NCBI GenBank assembly: GCA_963843015.1
Contig: CAWJIR010000009.1
Coordinates: 170,226-234,225, forward strand
Direction of reading: 5' to 3'
DNA from: an uncultured Chloroflexia bacterium
Lineage (GTDB): Bacteria; Chloroflexota; Limnocylindria; QHBO01
Length of the DNA stretch: 64,000 nt
In this document: in pieces, positions 1 through 13,504 of the stretch
Position numbering within the stretch: the stretch's first letter is position 1
Layout: each line of letters starts with the position of its first letter
Notes under the pieces: model-generated
The model's input: the letters and a program-made list of their open reading frames with translations, nothing else
Database searches by the model: none
What the model was told of the DNA's origin: nothing
Made by a program: the position numbers and the translations under genes

Positions 1-468
1 ACGACCTTCGGCTCGAGCTGGGCCACGACCTCCGCGGCCTCGGCCGGGGAGATGGTCGTGTTCCCGCCGGCCGGGACGAGCAGGACGTCGATCGGGCCGA
101 TCTCGTGGAGCTGCTCATCGGTCAGCAGGTGGCCCAGGTCGCCGAGGTGGCAGACGTGGACGCCGTCGACCTCGAAGGTGAAGATGACGTTCGGCCCCTG
201 CTTGGCACCGCCCTCGTTGTCATGCCAGGTGCGCACGCCGCTGACGAGCAGGTCCGCGAACTCGTACTCCCCGGGGCGGGTCAGGGTCAGGCCGGCGCTG
301 ATCGATCGGGTGTAGACGTGGTCGGGGTGGTCGTGGGAGATCGTCAGGAGGTCGACGTCATGCTTGCCCGCCACGAACCCGGTCTTGGGCGGGCAGGGGT
401 CGGTGATGACGCTCGCGCGTCGGCCCTTCAGCCGGAAGCAGGCGCGTCCGTACCAGGTGATCTCCACG
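1..468 (-). CDS. MBL-fold metallo-hydrolase (N-terminal portion; gene continues beyond window start)
   Basis: Minus-strand translation reads LEITWYGRACFRLKG...LTISHDHPDHV...VHVCHLGDLGHLLTDEQLHEIGPIDVLLVPAGGNTTISPAEAAEV, an HxHxDH-type metal-binding motif typical of UlaG-like beta-lactamase-fold hydrolases. Probable GTG start near 468. Confidence 0.6.
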
Positions 469-689
469 GGTGATCGATGCTACCGCACAACTGCGCCGGA
501 AAAGCACGAGCGCCGGTGCCCGCCCAATGACACCGGCGCCCGAAGGAGGGAGGGTGGAGGAGAAATCCTTCCGGATCTCTGACTCGCGCGACGAAGATAG
601 GTCGGTCACGTGAAGGCACAATCCCGCCAATGTGAAGAAACCTGAACCTTTGCCCCACAATGTCTGACCGATGACATCTCGCAGCCGAT

Positions 690-1946
690 GAGTCCGGCGT
701 CCGACGGCTCGTCGCCATCGTCACCCTGGTCCTGGCCCTGGCCGTGGTGGCGGTCCTGACCCTGCGAGCCTTCGGCGTCCCGATCGCCCTCGGACCGGAA
801 GCGACGCCATCACCTTCACCGACGCGGACGCCGGCCCCGAGCGGAGCGGCCTCCCCCGATCTCGCGGACGCGCTGGCCCAGCTGGAGGGTGACGTCGCCG
901 ACATCCGGGACCTGCCGCCGGCCGACATCGGCCCCGCGGAGTTCGTCACCCGCGAGGAGCTGGAGCAGCGGCTCGCCGACCAGTTCGCGGAGGACTACCC
1001 GCCCGAGGACGTGGCCGCCGACAACGCGCTGTACCAGGCCCTCGGCCTGCTCGACCCGAGCCAGGACATCGCCGAGCTGCAGCTCCAGCTGCTGTCCGGG
1101 CAGGTGCTCGGCTACTACGACGACGTCACCCGCTCGATGGTGATCGTGACCGACGCCGGCTTCACCGCCGAGGCTCAGGTCACCTATGCCCACGAGTACA
1201 CCCACGCGCTCCAGGACGCGGCGTTCGGCATCGACTCGATGCAGCTCGATGCCGACGGCGACGACGACGGGGCCTTCGCCCGGCTGGGGCTGGTCGAGGG
1301 AGACGCCTCGACCGCGATGGTCCTGTGGGCCATCGACAACCTCACCGTGGAGGACATGGTCGACATCAGCCAGACGCCGCTCCCCGACACCACCGGCGTG
1401 CCGGCCTGGATGGTCCGCCAGCTCGAGTTCCCGTACGCCGACGGAGCCGAGTTCGTCGCCCAGCTGTACGCCAACGGCGGGTTCGCCGCGGTGGACGAGG
1501 CGTGGGCCGATCCTCCGCGCTCGACCGAGCAGGTGCTCCACTTCGCCGCCTACCTCGAGGACGAGCCCCCGGTCGAGGTCGTGGAGGTCGATCCCGATAT
1601 CCGCGCGCTGGGGGTGGACGTCGTGGGCGAACACGACCCTCGGGGAGGCGATGACCGCGATCTGGCTCGGGGCGCTCGGCGTCGACGCGTCCGATGCCAC
1701 CCCGGCGGCCGCCGGGTGGGGCGGCGACCGCATCACGACGCTGGTCACTCCCGACGGCGAGGTGGCCGTGATCCTCCGCATGGCGTGGGACACCGCGGCC
1801 GACGCCGACCAGTTCGCCGCCGCCTACGACGCAGGCGCTCGAGCGCCTGCCGGTCTTCGGCCGCCTGGAGCGGGTGAACGAGACCGAGGTCGAGGTCGTG
1901 CAGGCCTCGACCGAGGCCCTCCTGGCGACGTTGGCCGGCCCCTGAG
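690..1946 (+). CDS. Secreted/membrane-anchored zinc metallopeptidase-like protein (HExxH), frameshifted
   Basis: N-terminal hydrophobic helix LVAIVTLVLALAVVAVL, then the HEYTHALQD (HExxH) motif. The C-terminus ...LERLPVFGRLERVNETEVEVVQASTEALLATLAGP resumes in another frame, with frame breaks near 700, 1640 and 1850. Start is uncertain. Confidence 0.5.
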
Positions 1947-1948
1947 CT

Positions 1949-3590
1949 CTACATCGAATCGGGAGCGGCGACTCCGATCAGGGCCAGGCTGTTGGCCAGC
2001 ACCTGGCGCGTGGCCCGGACCAGGCTCAGCCGCGCGGCGCTGAGGGCGGCGTCATCGGTCAGCACCCGGCAGTCGCGGTAGAACTGGCTGAACAGGTTCG
2101 CGACCTCCATCGCGTAGCGGGGCACCTCGTGCGTCTCGCGCCGCTCGGCGCCGTCGGCCACCACTTCCGGCAGGCGGACGAGATGGCGGATGAGCGCCTG
2201 CTCGGCGGGGTGCAGCAGGAGGGCGCTCGACTCGGCCGGGTCTGCGCTCTGCGCTTCGACCACGGCCGCGGCGGCCGGCTGGCGGAGGATGGACGAGCAG
2301 CGGGCGTGGGCGTACTGGACGTAGTAGACCGGGTTCTCGTTCGTCTGCTGACGGGCCAGGTCGAGGTCAAATTCGAGGTGCTGGTTCGCGGATCGGAGGG
2401 TGAAGAGGAACCGGGTCGCATCGACTCCGACCTCGTCCACCAGCTCGTCCAGCGTGACGTACTTCCCCTCGCGCTTGCTCATCGCCGCCCCACCGGCCAA
2501 CGACACGTGCTGGTAGATGATGAACTCGACGGCATCGGGATCGTGGCCCAGCCCGGAGGCCGCTCCCTTCCAGCGCTTGATCGTCCCGTGGTGGTCCGGA
2601 CCGAGGATGTAGACCAGGCGGGTGAACCCGCGCTCGAACTTGTCGAGCAGGTAGGCGATGTCGGCCGCGAAGTACGTTGGCTGGCCCGTTGGAGCGGATC
2701 AGCACCCGGTCCTTGTCGTCCCCGAAGGTCGTCGACCGAAACCAGGTGGCGCCCTCATCGTCGTACACGTGGCCGGCGGCCCGGAGCTGCTCGATGGCCG
2801 CGGTCACCTTCCCCGCCTCGTGCAGCTCGCGCTCGGATCGGTACACGTCGATCCGCATCCGGAGCCGACCGATGGTGCGCTTGATGTCCTCGTAGACCCG
2901 GTTCCAGGCCCACTCGCCGATGGCCTCCAGCGGGTTGACCGATGCGACGACCTCCTCGGGCACCTCCGCCGCCAGCTGACCGATGTATGCGCCGCGATAC
3001 CCGGCCTCGCCCGACTGCCCGGTCCGCGCCAGGTAGACCGACTGGCCGAAGTCCCGGACCTGGCTGCCGTAGTCGTTCACGTAGTACTCGCGCCCGACCG
3101 CCGCCCCGGACGCCTCCAGCAGGTTCGCCAGCGCGTCACCGATGAAGCCGCCGCGCCCGTTGCCGATGTGGAGCGGCCCGGTCGGGTTGGCGCTGATGAA
3201 CTCGACGTTGAACCGCTCGGCCGCGAGCCCGTCGGTCCGCCCCCAGTCGGGACCGGCGGCCTCGATGGCCGGCACCTGGGACGGCGACCCACGCCGGGTC
3301 GAGCCGCCAGTTGATGAATCCCGGCCGCTCCACGGTGGTCTCGCCCACGGCCGGTGGCGGGACGAGGTGGCGGACGAGGATCTCGGCAATGGCCATCGGC
3401 GCGGAGCGCGCGAGCGGCGCGAGCTGCATCGCCGCGTTGGTCGCGTAATCGCCGTGCTCGGCGAGCGCCGGCCGCTCCACGCCGGGCTGGGGCAATGCCG
3501 CACCCGCGGGGATGGTCAGCTCTCCGGCCTCCACGGCCCGGTCCCGCGCGGCACGAACCGCAGTCGCCAGCTCCTCGCGGATGCTCATCG
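1949..3590 (-). CDS. argS: Arginine--tRNA ligase (frameshifted in at least two places)
   Basis: N-terminus MSIREELATAVRAARDRAVEAGELTIP...HGDYATNAAMQLA; middle NVEFISANPTGPLHIGNGRGGFIGDALANLL...YYVNDYGSQV; C-terminus ...VYYVQYAHARCSSIL...ANLFSQFYRDCRVL...M. These lie in three different reading frames. Confidence 0.85.
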
Positions 3591-4499
3591 CTCTTTGGCC
3601 AGGCGAAGCTCGAGGGCCTGGTCGGCACTGAAGCCGCGCATGCCGAGCGCGTCGGCCGCGACTTCCAGCAGCGCGGCTGTTGGCGCGAGACCGATGAGCT
3701 CGGCGTGGTCGACGTCGGTCCCGGCCTGGCGCGCGAGGCGACGAACCTCCTGAACGACGGTCGGGATGCCGGTCTGCTCCCAGTCGGCGAGGTTCATGCT
3801 GACCTGGGCCAGGTGGCGGCCGTCGGGGACGGCGACCAGGACCCCCATCGCCTGGACCGCGGGCAGCCCGCCGGACGACTCGCGGATCGTTTCCGCGATC
3901 CGCTGCGCAATCTCCAGGTCGTCGGTCGCGAGGTTGAGGTTGAACGCGATGAGCGGCTTGCGGGCGCCGACCGCCACGGCCCCGCCGCGGGGATGGAGCC
4001 GGGCCGGTCCGAAGTCCGGGGCCCGATCGGGGTTCACGCCGATCTCCTCCTTGAGCGCCTCGTACTGGCCGCGGCGGATGTCCGCCAGTCGGCGCCGGTC
4101 CGGTCGCTGAGCGGCTTCGCCATAGAGGTAGACCGGGAGGCCGAACACCTTGGCCACCTGCTCGCCGAAACGTCGCGCGAGGTCCACGCACTCGTCCATG
4201 CCGGTGCCGCCGAGCGGCACGAACGGGATCACATCCACCGCGCCGATGCGCGGATGGACTCCGGTCTGCTGCTCCATGTCGATGAGCTCGAGCGCGCGCC
4301 CCACGGCAGCCATGGCGGCCCGCACCACCGGCTCGGGCCCGCCGGCAAAGGTCACCACGCTCCGGTTGTGCGACTCATCCCGGCTGGCATCGAGCAGGGT
4401 CACGCCCTCGATCTGGCGAATCGCGCGGGTGATCTCGTCGAGGACCTCGGGCCGCCGTCCCTCGCTGAAGTTCGGGACGCATTCGATCAGGCTCGCCAC
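3585..4499 (-). CDS. ftcD: Glutamate formimidoyltransferase (formiminotransferase domain only)
   Basis: MASLIECVPNFSEGRRPEVLDEITRAI... is the canonical N-terminus of the formiminotransferase domain. It is 304 aa with no cyclodeaminase domain attached. Its stop overlaps the argS start. Confidence 0.8.
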   Translation of the reverse strand: MASLIECVPNFSEGRRPEVLDEITRAIRQIEGVTLLDASRDESHNRSVVTFAGGPEPVVRAAMAAVGRALELIDMEQQTGVHPRIGAVDVIPFVPLGGTGMDECVDLARRFGEQVAKVFGLPVYLYGEAAQRPDRRRLADIRRGQYEALKEEIGVNPDRAPDFGPARLHPRGGAVAVGARKPLIAFNLNLATDDLEIAQRIAETIRESSGGLPAVQAMGVLVAVPDGRHLAQVSMNLADWEQTGIPTVVQEVRRLARQAGTDVDHAELIGLAPTAALLEVAADALGMRGFSADQALELRLAKER

Positions 4500-4515
4500 G
4501 GACCGATGATAGGGG

Positions 4516-5625
4516 TCAGGCTGAGGCGGCAGCCGCCTGTCGAGGGTCCTCCCGACCGATGGCGTCGGGGTTCGTGCCGCGGGCCCGCGCCAGGCGCTCG
4601 GTCAGCAGCTGGAGGGGAAGGACGACCGCGAGCACACCCGCGACGATCCGGGGCAGATCGCCATCGAGACCGACAAGGTGGGCTCCAACGCTGGCCTCCG
4701 GGCCGACATCGGCCATGTCGGATGAGCCGATGAGAACCGATGGCATCCCGAGTGCCGCGGCAGCGCGGAGGACGGATCGGGCGCGATCGCGCAGTGCCTC
4801 ACCGCGGGCCTCGGCATCGGTCAGGAGCACGACCAGGCCGGTCCTCTCGGTGGCGGCGGCGAGGTGGCCATGACGGATCGTCTCGAGCTCATGGGCTACC
4901 GCCGGGAGCCTGGCTCCCTCCTCGATCTTCAGGGCCAGCTCACGCGCGCGCCGCGTAGTCGGCCCCCGAACCGACGACGACGACGTGGTCGGTGCCCGCG
5001 AGGCCGGCAGCGAGTCGTTCGGCGACGGCGTCATCGGCACCGGCGGCGACCTGACGCTCGACGGCCTCCTCCGAGAGCTCGGTGGAGGTGATCGCGGCAT
5101 GGAGGCAGGCGCCGGCCACGAGCGGGGAGAGATAGCCGACGGTGTGGCACCACGATTGATCCTGCTCTCCGGTGGTGAGGACCTCACGCGCCAGTGCGGC
5201 ACCCGGCGAGCGGTCGCTGACCGTGACCAGTGCGGTCTTCCCGTCGCGCCCGCCAGCCCATCGCAACGCCAGGTTGGTGGCCTCGGTTCCGCCCTCGTGC
5301 GAAATCCCGATGACGACGCCCGCGGTGAGGCGCCCGGCCGGCCAGCTCGAACGCCTGGACCGCGCGCACGACCTCGCCACGCCGCCCGATCGTGGCCAGT
5401 CCGTCCGCGAGCAGCGCCGCCACGCGATCGCGCCGTGCTGGCTCGTCCCGCAGCCGGTGATCGTGACCGGCCGGCCATCGCCTGAGGCGTCGATGACAGC
5501 GGCAGCAACGCGTCCGAGTGCCGGGTCGGCCCGAAGGCGGCGCGTGAGCCGCCGGGCGACCGCCGGCTCGGCGGCGATCATCTCGGTCATGGCATACGGC
5601 GGTCGGTCGCGCCAGGCCGGCATCT
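4516..5625 (-). CDS. SIS-domain sugar-phosphate isomerase/deaminase family protein (AgaS/NagB-II/FrlB-like), frameshifted
   Basis: PPYAMTEMIAAEPAVARRL..., ITGCGTSQHGAIAW, GISHEGGTEATNLALRWA and ...VVVVGSGADYAARA, then RELALKIEEGARLPAVAHELETIRHGHLAA in a second frame. This is the two-SIS-domain architecture. Confidence 0.6.
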
Positions 5626-5742
5626 CGGACCCGGCCCAGGGATCGGGAGCGCCGGGCAGCGCTGCGGCGGGGTCGAACGGCATCGGCCCGATCCTACCCG
5701 GCACGTCGGCCGTCGCAGCCGCCTCCGCGCTACCATCGCGGC

Positions 5743-6466
5743 ATGGACACCCGCACCGCGCTCGCGGCGCTCGAGGCAGCCGGCACCGAACGAAACCGGG
5801 CGATCTACCTCCGCCACGGCGCCGGGGAGAACCAGTACGGCGTGTCGTTCAAGGACCTCCGCGCGCTCGCCAAGCGGATCGGCCATGACCAGCCGCTGGC
5901 CCGCACCCTGTGGTTGACCGGGAACGCCGACGCTCGCCTGCTGGCGTGCATGGTGGCTGAGCCGGCCCGCATGGACGAGGAGGAGCTGGACGACTGGATC
6001 GCCGCCATCTCGTACTACGTCCTGGTGGATGAGTTCGTGTCGAGCGTCGCCAGCCAGGTCCCCGGTCTGCGCCCCCGGATGGAACGCTGGACCCGGTCCG
6101 CCCGCGATTGGACCGCCCAGGCCGGTTGGGACCTCGCCGGCGTCCTCGCCGCGCGGGACGAGAACCTGTCCGACCGCTTCTTCCTCGATCTGCTGGCCAA
6201 GATCGAGCACGAGATCGGCCAGGCCGGGAACCGGACGCGGCATGCCATGAATGGGGCGCTGATCGCGATCGGACTGCGGAATGAGGACCTTCGCGAGGCA
6301 GCCATGTTGGCCGCCGCCAGCATCGGTCCGGTGGTGGTCGACCACGGCGAGACCGGACGCGTCACTCCCGCCGCCATCCCGTACATCGAGAAGACGATCG
6401 CCGACCGCGAGGCGCAGGCCGCCAAGCGCAAGGCGAAAGCGGCGGATCCACGGCCGGGGCGCGGTG
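5743..6466 (+). CDS. DNA alkylation repair enzyme (AlkD-like HEAT-repeat protein)
   Basis: MDTRTALAALEAAGTERNRAIYLRHGAGENQYGVSFKDLRALAKRIGHDQPLARTLWLTGNADARLLACMV... is typical of the AlkC/AlkD DNA-glycosylase family. The 3' end is uncertain because the frame stays open into the next gene. Confidence 0.55.
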
Positions 6467-7566
6467 AGCGAACCGATCCGGCCGGCGCTCGCCGGTTTCC
6501 AACCCGAACGGGTCGACGATCCCACCCTCATCAACCTCCATGACTACGAGCAGGCGGCCGCCACCCGCCTGACGCCGGGGGCGCTGGCGTACTTCAGCGG
6601 CGGCGCGAACGACGAGCGGACGCTGACCGATAACCGCGCCGCGTTCGCCCGGCGCCGGATCGTGCCTCGCGTCCTCCGGGACGTCTCCACCGTCGACGCC
6701 TCGGTCGAGCTGCTCGGCCGTCGATGGCCGTGGCCACTCTTCCTGTGCCCGACCGCATTCCACCGGATGGCCCACCCCGACGGGGAGCTGGGCACGGCCC
6801 GAGCGGCCGCCGCACGCGGCATCACGATGACCCTCTCGACCTCGTCGAGCACCGACCTGGCCGACGGTGGCGGAGGTCGATGGCCCGCGCTGGTTCCAGG
6901 TCTATCTCCTCGCCGACCCCGGCGCCCGCCGGGCGCTCGTCGAGCGGGCCGTGGCGGCCGGCTACGAGGCGCTGGTCCTGACCGTGGACCTGCCCCGCAT
7001 CGGCCGCCGCGAGCGCGACATCCGCGTCGGGTTCGCGATTCCCGACGACGTCCACGTTCCGAATCCCGCCGTCGCCGCCGGGCGTGCCCGAGACGGAGGG
7101 CCTGAGCGTGCCGTTCGTCGACCACATGACGTGGGACGACGTGGACTGGCTGGTGGGTTTCGGTCGACCGGTGGTGGTCAAGGGCATCCTCCACCCCGAC
7201 GACGCGCGGCTCGCGGTCGAGCACGGCGCGGCCGCCATCCAGGTCAGCAACCACGGCGGGCGCCAGCTCGACGGCGCGATCGCCAGCCTGGACGCATTGC
7301 CGGCCGTGGTCGAGGCGGTTGCCGGTCGCGTCCCGGTCCTGGTCGATGGCGGCATTCGTCGCGGGTCGGACGTCGTCATCGCGCTCGCCCTCGGCGCCGC
7401 GGCGGTGGGCATCGGCCGACCGGCGCTGTGGGGCCTCGCGGTGGATGGCGAAGCCGGGGTGGGACGGATCCTCGACCTGCTGACCGCCGAGACGGAGCTG
7501 GCGATGGCGCTCGCCGGCGCAGCCTCGACCGCGGACTCTGACCCCGGACCTGGTGGTGTCGGCCTA
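6464..7566 (+). CDS. FMN-dependent alpha-hydroxy-acid dehydrogenase (L-lactate dehydrogenase/glycolate oxidase family), frameshifted
   Basis: ...[54 protein letters not shown]..., [11 protein letters not shown]..., ...[42 protein letters not shown]...[14 protein letters not shown]. The protein is spread over three frames. Confidence 0.7.
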
Positions 7567-9305
7567 GCGGCCCCGCGCGTCCGCGTCGGCCATCGGGATC
7601 CGAACGCCGCGCTCGCGGGCGACCTCGAGCGCTCGCTCGTAGCCCGCATCGGCATGGCGGATGACGCCCATCCCCGGATCGGTCGTCAGCACCCGCTCCA
7701 GGCGGGCGGCGGCCGCATCGGTCCCGTCGGCCACGATGACCATCCCCGCGTGCAGCGAGTACCCGATGCCCACGCCACCGCCGTGGTGGACGCTGACCCA
7801 GGTCGCCCCCGCGGCCGTGTTCAGGAGCGCGTTCAGGACCGGCCAGTCGGCGATGGCATCGGACCCGTCGAGCATGCCCTCGGTCTCGCGGTAGGGGCTG
7901 GCGACGCTCCCCGCGTCGAGGTGGTCCCGCCCGATGACGATCGGCGCGGCCAGCTCCCCGGAGCGCACCATCTCGTTGATCCGCAGCCCCGCCTTCGCCC
8001 GCTCGCCGTAGCCCAGCCAGCAGATGCGGGCCGGCAGGCCCTGGAACGGGACCTTCTCCTCGGCCAGGCGCAGCCATCGGTGGAGCGACGCGTCCTCCGG
8101 GAAGAGCTCGGCCAGGGCCGCATCGGTCTTCAGGATGTCGTCCGGGTCGCCCGAAAGCGCCGCCCAGCGGAACGGGCCCTTCCCCTCGCAGAAGAGCGGG
8201 CCGGATGAAGGCCGGCACGAAGCCGGGGAAGGCGAAGGCATCGGTCACGCCCGCCTCCTGGGCAAAGGCGCGGATGTTGTTGCCGTAGTCGAACACGACC
8301 GACCCGGCCTGCTGGAAGGCGAGCATGGCCCGGACGTGGTCCGCGATCGAGGCCTTGGCCAGTCGGACGTACTCGTCGGGATCGCGATTCGCGCAGCGCC
8401 AGGGCTTCTGACAGACCGATGTTTCCCGGCACGTAGCCGCCAAGCGGGTCGTGGGCGGATGTCTGGTCGGTGACCACGTCGGGCCGCCAGCCGCGACGGA
8501 CCAGCTCCGGCTCGACGTCCGCCGCGTTGGCCACCAGGGCGATGCTCCGCGCCTCGCCGGCGGCGCGCCAGGCGTCGACCTTCCGGATCGCTTCGTCGAG
8601 GTCGGTCGTGACCTCGTCCACGTAGCCGGCCGCATGCCGCCGCTCGGCGCGGGCCGGGTCCACTTCGACGGCCAGCACCGCGCCCTCGTTCATCGTCACC
8701 GCCAGCGGCTGGGCGCCGCCCATCCCGCCCAGGCCCGCGGTCAGGGTCGCCGTCCCGCGCAGGGAGCCGCCGAAATGCTGCCGCGCGACCTCGGCGAACG
8801 TCTCGTAGGTCCCCTGGATGATTCCCTGGGTCGCGATGTAGATCCACGACCCGGCCGTCATCTGGCCGTACATCGTCAGGCCGGCCCGCTCCAGCTCGCG
8901 GAAGTGCTCCCAGGTGGCCCAGTGGGGGACGAGCAGCGCGTTCGCGATCAGGACGCGCGGGGCGTCAGGCGTGGTGCGGAACACGCCGACCGGCTTCCCG
9001 CTCTGGACGAGCAGCGTCTCGTCGTTCTCCAGCCGCCGCAGCTCGCGGACGATGGCGTCGAACGCCTCCCACGATCGCGCCGCCCGGCCCGTGCCGCCGT
9101 ACACGATGAGGTGGTCCGGATCCTCGGCCACGTCGGGGTCGAGGTTGTTCATCAGCATCCGGAGCGCCGCTTCCTGCTGCCACCCGCTTGCAGGAAAGCT
9201 CCGTCCCACGCGGCGCCCGGACGGTCCGCGGGGCCCGATGTCAAGGAGAGTCGCCGACCCAGAACGTGGCGGCGCTGTTGGACTGGCCAGCCAGGATGAG
9301 GACAT
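7564..9305 (-). CDS. hutU: Urocanate hydratase (frameshifted)
   Basis: ...[42 protein letters not shown]...[18 protein letters not shown]...[19 protein letters not shown]... continues with ...[16 protein letters not shown].. and ...[53 protein letters not shown]...[27 protein letters not shown] in other frames. It is near-colinear with known urocanases. Confidence 0.85.
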
Positions 9306-10450
9306 TCACCGATCACGATCGTGGCATAGACGGCGGAGCCCGAACCGGTGGTCCCCGGCGTCCCGGCGGCGAAGGGGAGATCCATCCAGGCGACGCCATC
9401 GGTGGACGCGCGCTGCGTGCCGTGGACGACGAAGCCGCCCTCGCTGCAGGGATAGGAGAGAGTGGTGTTGGCGACGAGCCATGGTGTCGAGCCATGTAGC
9501 GCCGTCACGATACTCGTGGCAGGTGGTGGACGGGTCGACGGGCACGGTCGATGAGCGGCATCGATCCGATTGCACTCCATTGCAGCCCGTTGGCCGAGAA
9601 CCACGTGGCCGCGGCCGAGTCGAACCCGGATGTGTTCGCGCCCGACGGCAACGCGTACCAATCGCCGGCTACCGGCGCAACGACCGCGGCCCCGAGCGGC
9701 GGGGACGGCGGGACCGAGGCCGTGAACCACGCCGAGCCGTCCGCGGAGGCGATGGCCATCGGCGCACCGGGGACTCCTCCCGGGTAGTGGGCGCCGGCCG
9801 CGACGAAGCCTTCGTCGCCCGCCCCGATGGCAACGACCTCATCGGTGAAGGTGTAGGTGAGGCTCCAGGTACTCGCATCCGCCGAGAACCACAGCTGGCT
9901 GGTCGTCGCCTGGACGAGCGCCAGGTGGCCCTGGCCGCCCGAGGCCAGATCACGGACGAACGCATTGGCCGGGAACGGGCTGGGGATCTCGGTCCAGGCC
10001 AGGCCGTCGGGAGATCCCCACAGTTCGAGCGTTTGGTCCGGAGCCGAAGGCCACGAAGCTGCCGTTCGGTGCCACCGCGAGGTGCTCCAGCGAGACGTCT
10101 CCGAAAACGCCAGTGGGGGTCACGTCCTCCCACGCCGGCCCATCCGCCGAAAGCCAGACCCGTCCTTCGTGCGGCGGCAACGGGCCAAGGTTCGGGAGCG
10201 GCTGATCGAACTGGGTCCCGACGGCCAGGACGCCCGCGGTGCCACTCCGCGAGGTCGATCACCAGCGAGAAGCCGCCCGGCTGGTTGAAGGACCCGGTCA
10301 CCGTCCCATGGCGCGATGGGTCGAGCTCGATGGCGCTCGGCTGACCGTGCTCGGCTGGCACGCTCGGGGATTGGCTGCGCCGACGGGGACGGTGATGCCG
10401 ATGGCGTCTGTGATGCGCAGCCGGCGACGAGGAGCTCGCCGCGAGGATGC
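9300..10450 (-). CDS. Secreted BNR/Asp-box repeat protein (frameshifted)
   Basis: Repeated S-x-D-G-x-x-W units ([40 protein letters not shown]) alternate with beta-strand-like segments. The N-terminus is low-complexity and signal-like. It is split over three or more frames and both ends are approximate. Confidence 0.4.
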
Positions 10451-10498
10451 GGAGCCCCGCGCGCATCGGGCCGGTCAGCATAGCGCGCTCTCGCGCCG

Positions 10499-11153
10499 TC
10501 AGGTCACGGCGGAGAGCAGGAAGGCGAGGGTGAAACCGAAGACGGTGACGAGGCCGGCCAGGTCGCCGCCATCCTCGAAGGCCTCGGGGATCATGGTGTC
10601 GACCAGCATCGTCAGCAGGCCGCCGGCGGCGAAGGCCTGGACGAACGGGACCGCCGGCCCGGCCACGTCGAAGAGCAGGAACGCGAGCGCGGCAGAAGCC
10701 GCGGACACGAGCACCACGGCCAGCCACAAGCCCAGGATCCAGCGCGCGGAGCGACCTTCCTCGCGGAGGTCGGCGGAGGCCGAGAACCCTTCCGGCACGT
10801 TGGACAGCAGGACGGCCGCGAAGAAGGCCGGCGACACGGCGCCACCGCCCAGGAGTGATGCGCCGAGAACGACCGACTCCGGGATGCCGTCGAGCATCGC
10901 GCCGAGGACGATCGAGAGGCCCTGGCCTTGGCTCCCCCGCTTTACGGTCGCCTTGGTCCGCGCCTTGCCGCGTGCCTTCAGCACGCGGTTGCCGGCGAAG
11001 TAGGTCAGCGCGCCGGCCGCCAGCCCCGCGCGCGAAGAGCGTGCCGCCACCCTCCTCGAACGCCTCGATCGAGAGCTCGAAGGCGACCGCACTGAACAAC
11101 GCTCCGGCACCGAATGCGAGAGCCAGCCCGACCAGCGTGCGGCTGACCTTCAT
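10499..11153 (-). CDS. ZIP-family divalent metal (zinc) transporter, ZupT-like (one frameshift)
   Basis: MKVSRTLVGLALAFGAGALFSAVAFELSIEAFEEGGG..., then GLSIVLGAMLDGIPESVVLGASLLGGGAVSPAFFAAVLLSNVPEGFSA...VLVSAASAALAFLLFDV. These are the characteristic ZIP transmembrane motifs. Confidence 0.7.
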
Positions 11154-11229
11154 GACCAGGGCCGGCCACCGCGCCCAGCAGCAGGGCGGACGCGGCGAGG
11201 AACGCCCAGCCGAAGGCTTCGATCATCGG

Positions 11230-11957
11230 TCAGTCGTCCCCGAACGGGTTCGGACGGGTCGGCTTCGGCGGGAGGCGAAAGACATCCTCCTCGCTCGGTC
11301 CTTTGGGCAGCGGCAGCGGCCAGGCATCGCCCTCGTCCGGCGGTCGCGCCTTGGACAGGAGGTCGTCCCAGCCGACTTCCACCTCGCCGGCCAGCTCGCG
11401 GCGGTAGACCGGGAACTGGTCGTCGCCGGCGGCCCGGACGAAGCCGGCGGCCTCGTAGACCGATGACGGCCCGCCCGGCGGGAGCCACGGATCGGCGGCC
11501 CGCTCGAGATAGGTCTCGACCGCGATCACGCCCGCGGCGGTCGAGGTCGGCACAGACGGCCTCCGCCAGCGCCTGACCGATGCGCTCGCGGTCCGCCAGC
11601 TCCGGGCACGACCTGGAGGCAGGTCAGGACCCACGGGGCGGGGGACTCGGGCAGATCGGGATACCGGTCGCGGATGAGCTGGGCCCGCGGGTACGCGCTG
11701 AGCGGTCCGAACTGGGCGTAGCCGACGACGGCTGCCGCCTTCATCGGTCGCCAGCATCCCGTACGAGCCGGCCAGCCGGGCGCCGGCCATGAGGGCGATC
11801 CGCTTGGCCTCGCGACGCGGCGTGGTGTCGTCACCTTCGCGGCTCCCCTCGAGCCGCTCCCAGTAGTCGCATGTCTGGCACCGGGCGCCAGGCCGAGCCG
11901 GCGCGGGGATGTCCTCGATGCTCGCTTCGTCGACGAGGGAGAAGGTGAGCTCGCCCA

Positions 11958-11958
<1 letters not shown>
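11230..11958 (-). CDS. Hypothetical protein, possibly GNAT-like acyltransferase fold (frameshifted)
   Basis: N-terminus MGELTFSLVDEASIEDIP...CQTCDYWERLEG. Middle ...VVGYAQFGPLSAYP...WVLTCLQVVPELADRERIGQALAEAV resembles a GNAT motif-A segment. C-terminus GVIAVETYLERAADPWLPPGGPSSVYEAAGFVRAAGDDQFPVYRRELAGE. The assignment is weak. Confidence 0.3.
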
Positions 11959-13484
<1,526 letters not shown>

Positions 13485-13504
13485 CTCGTTCCTATACTAC
13501 GGAC

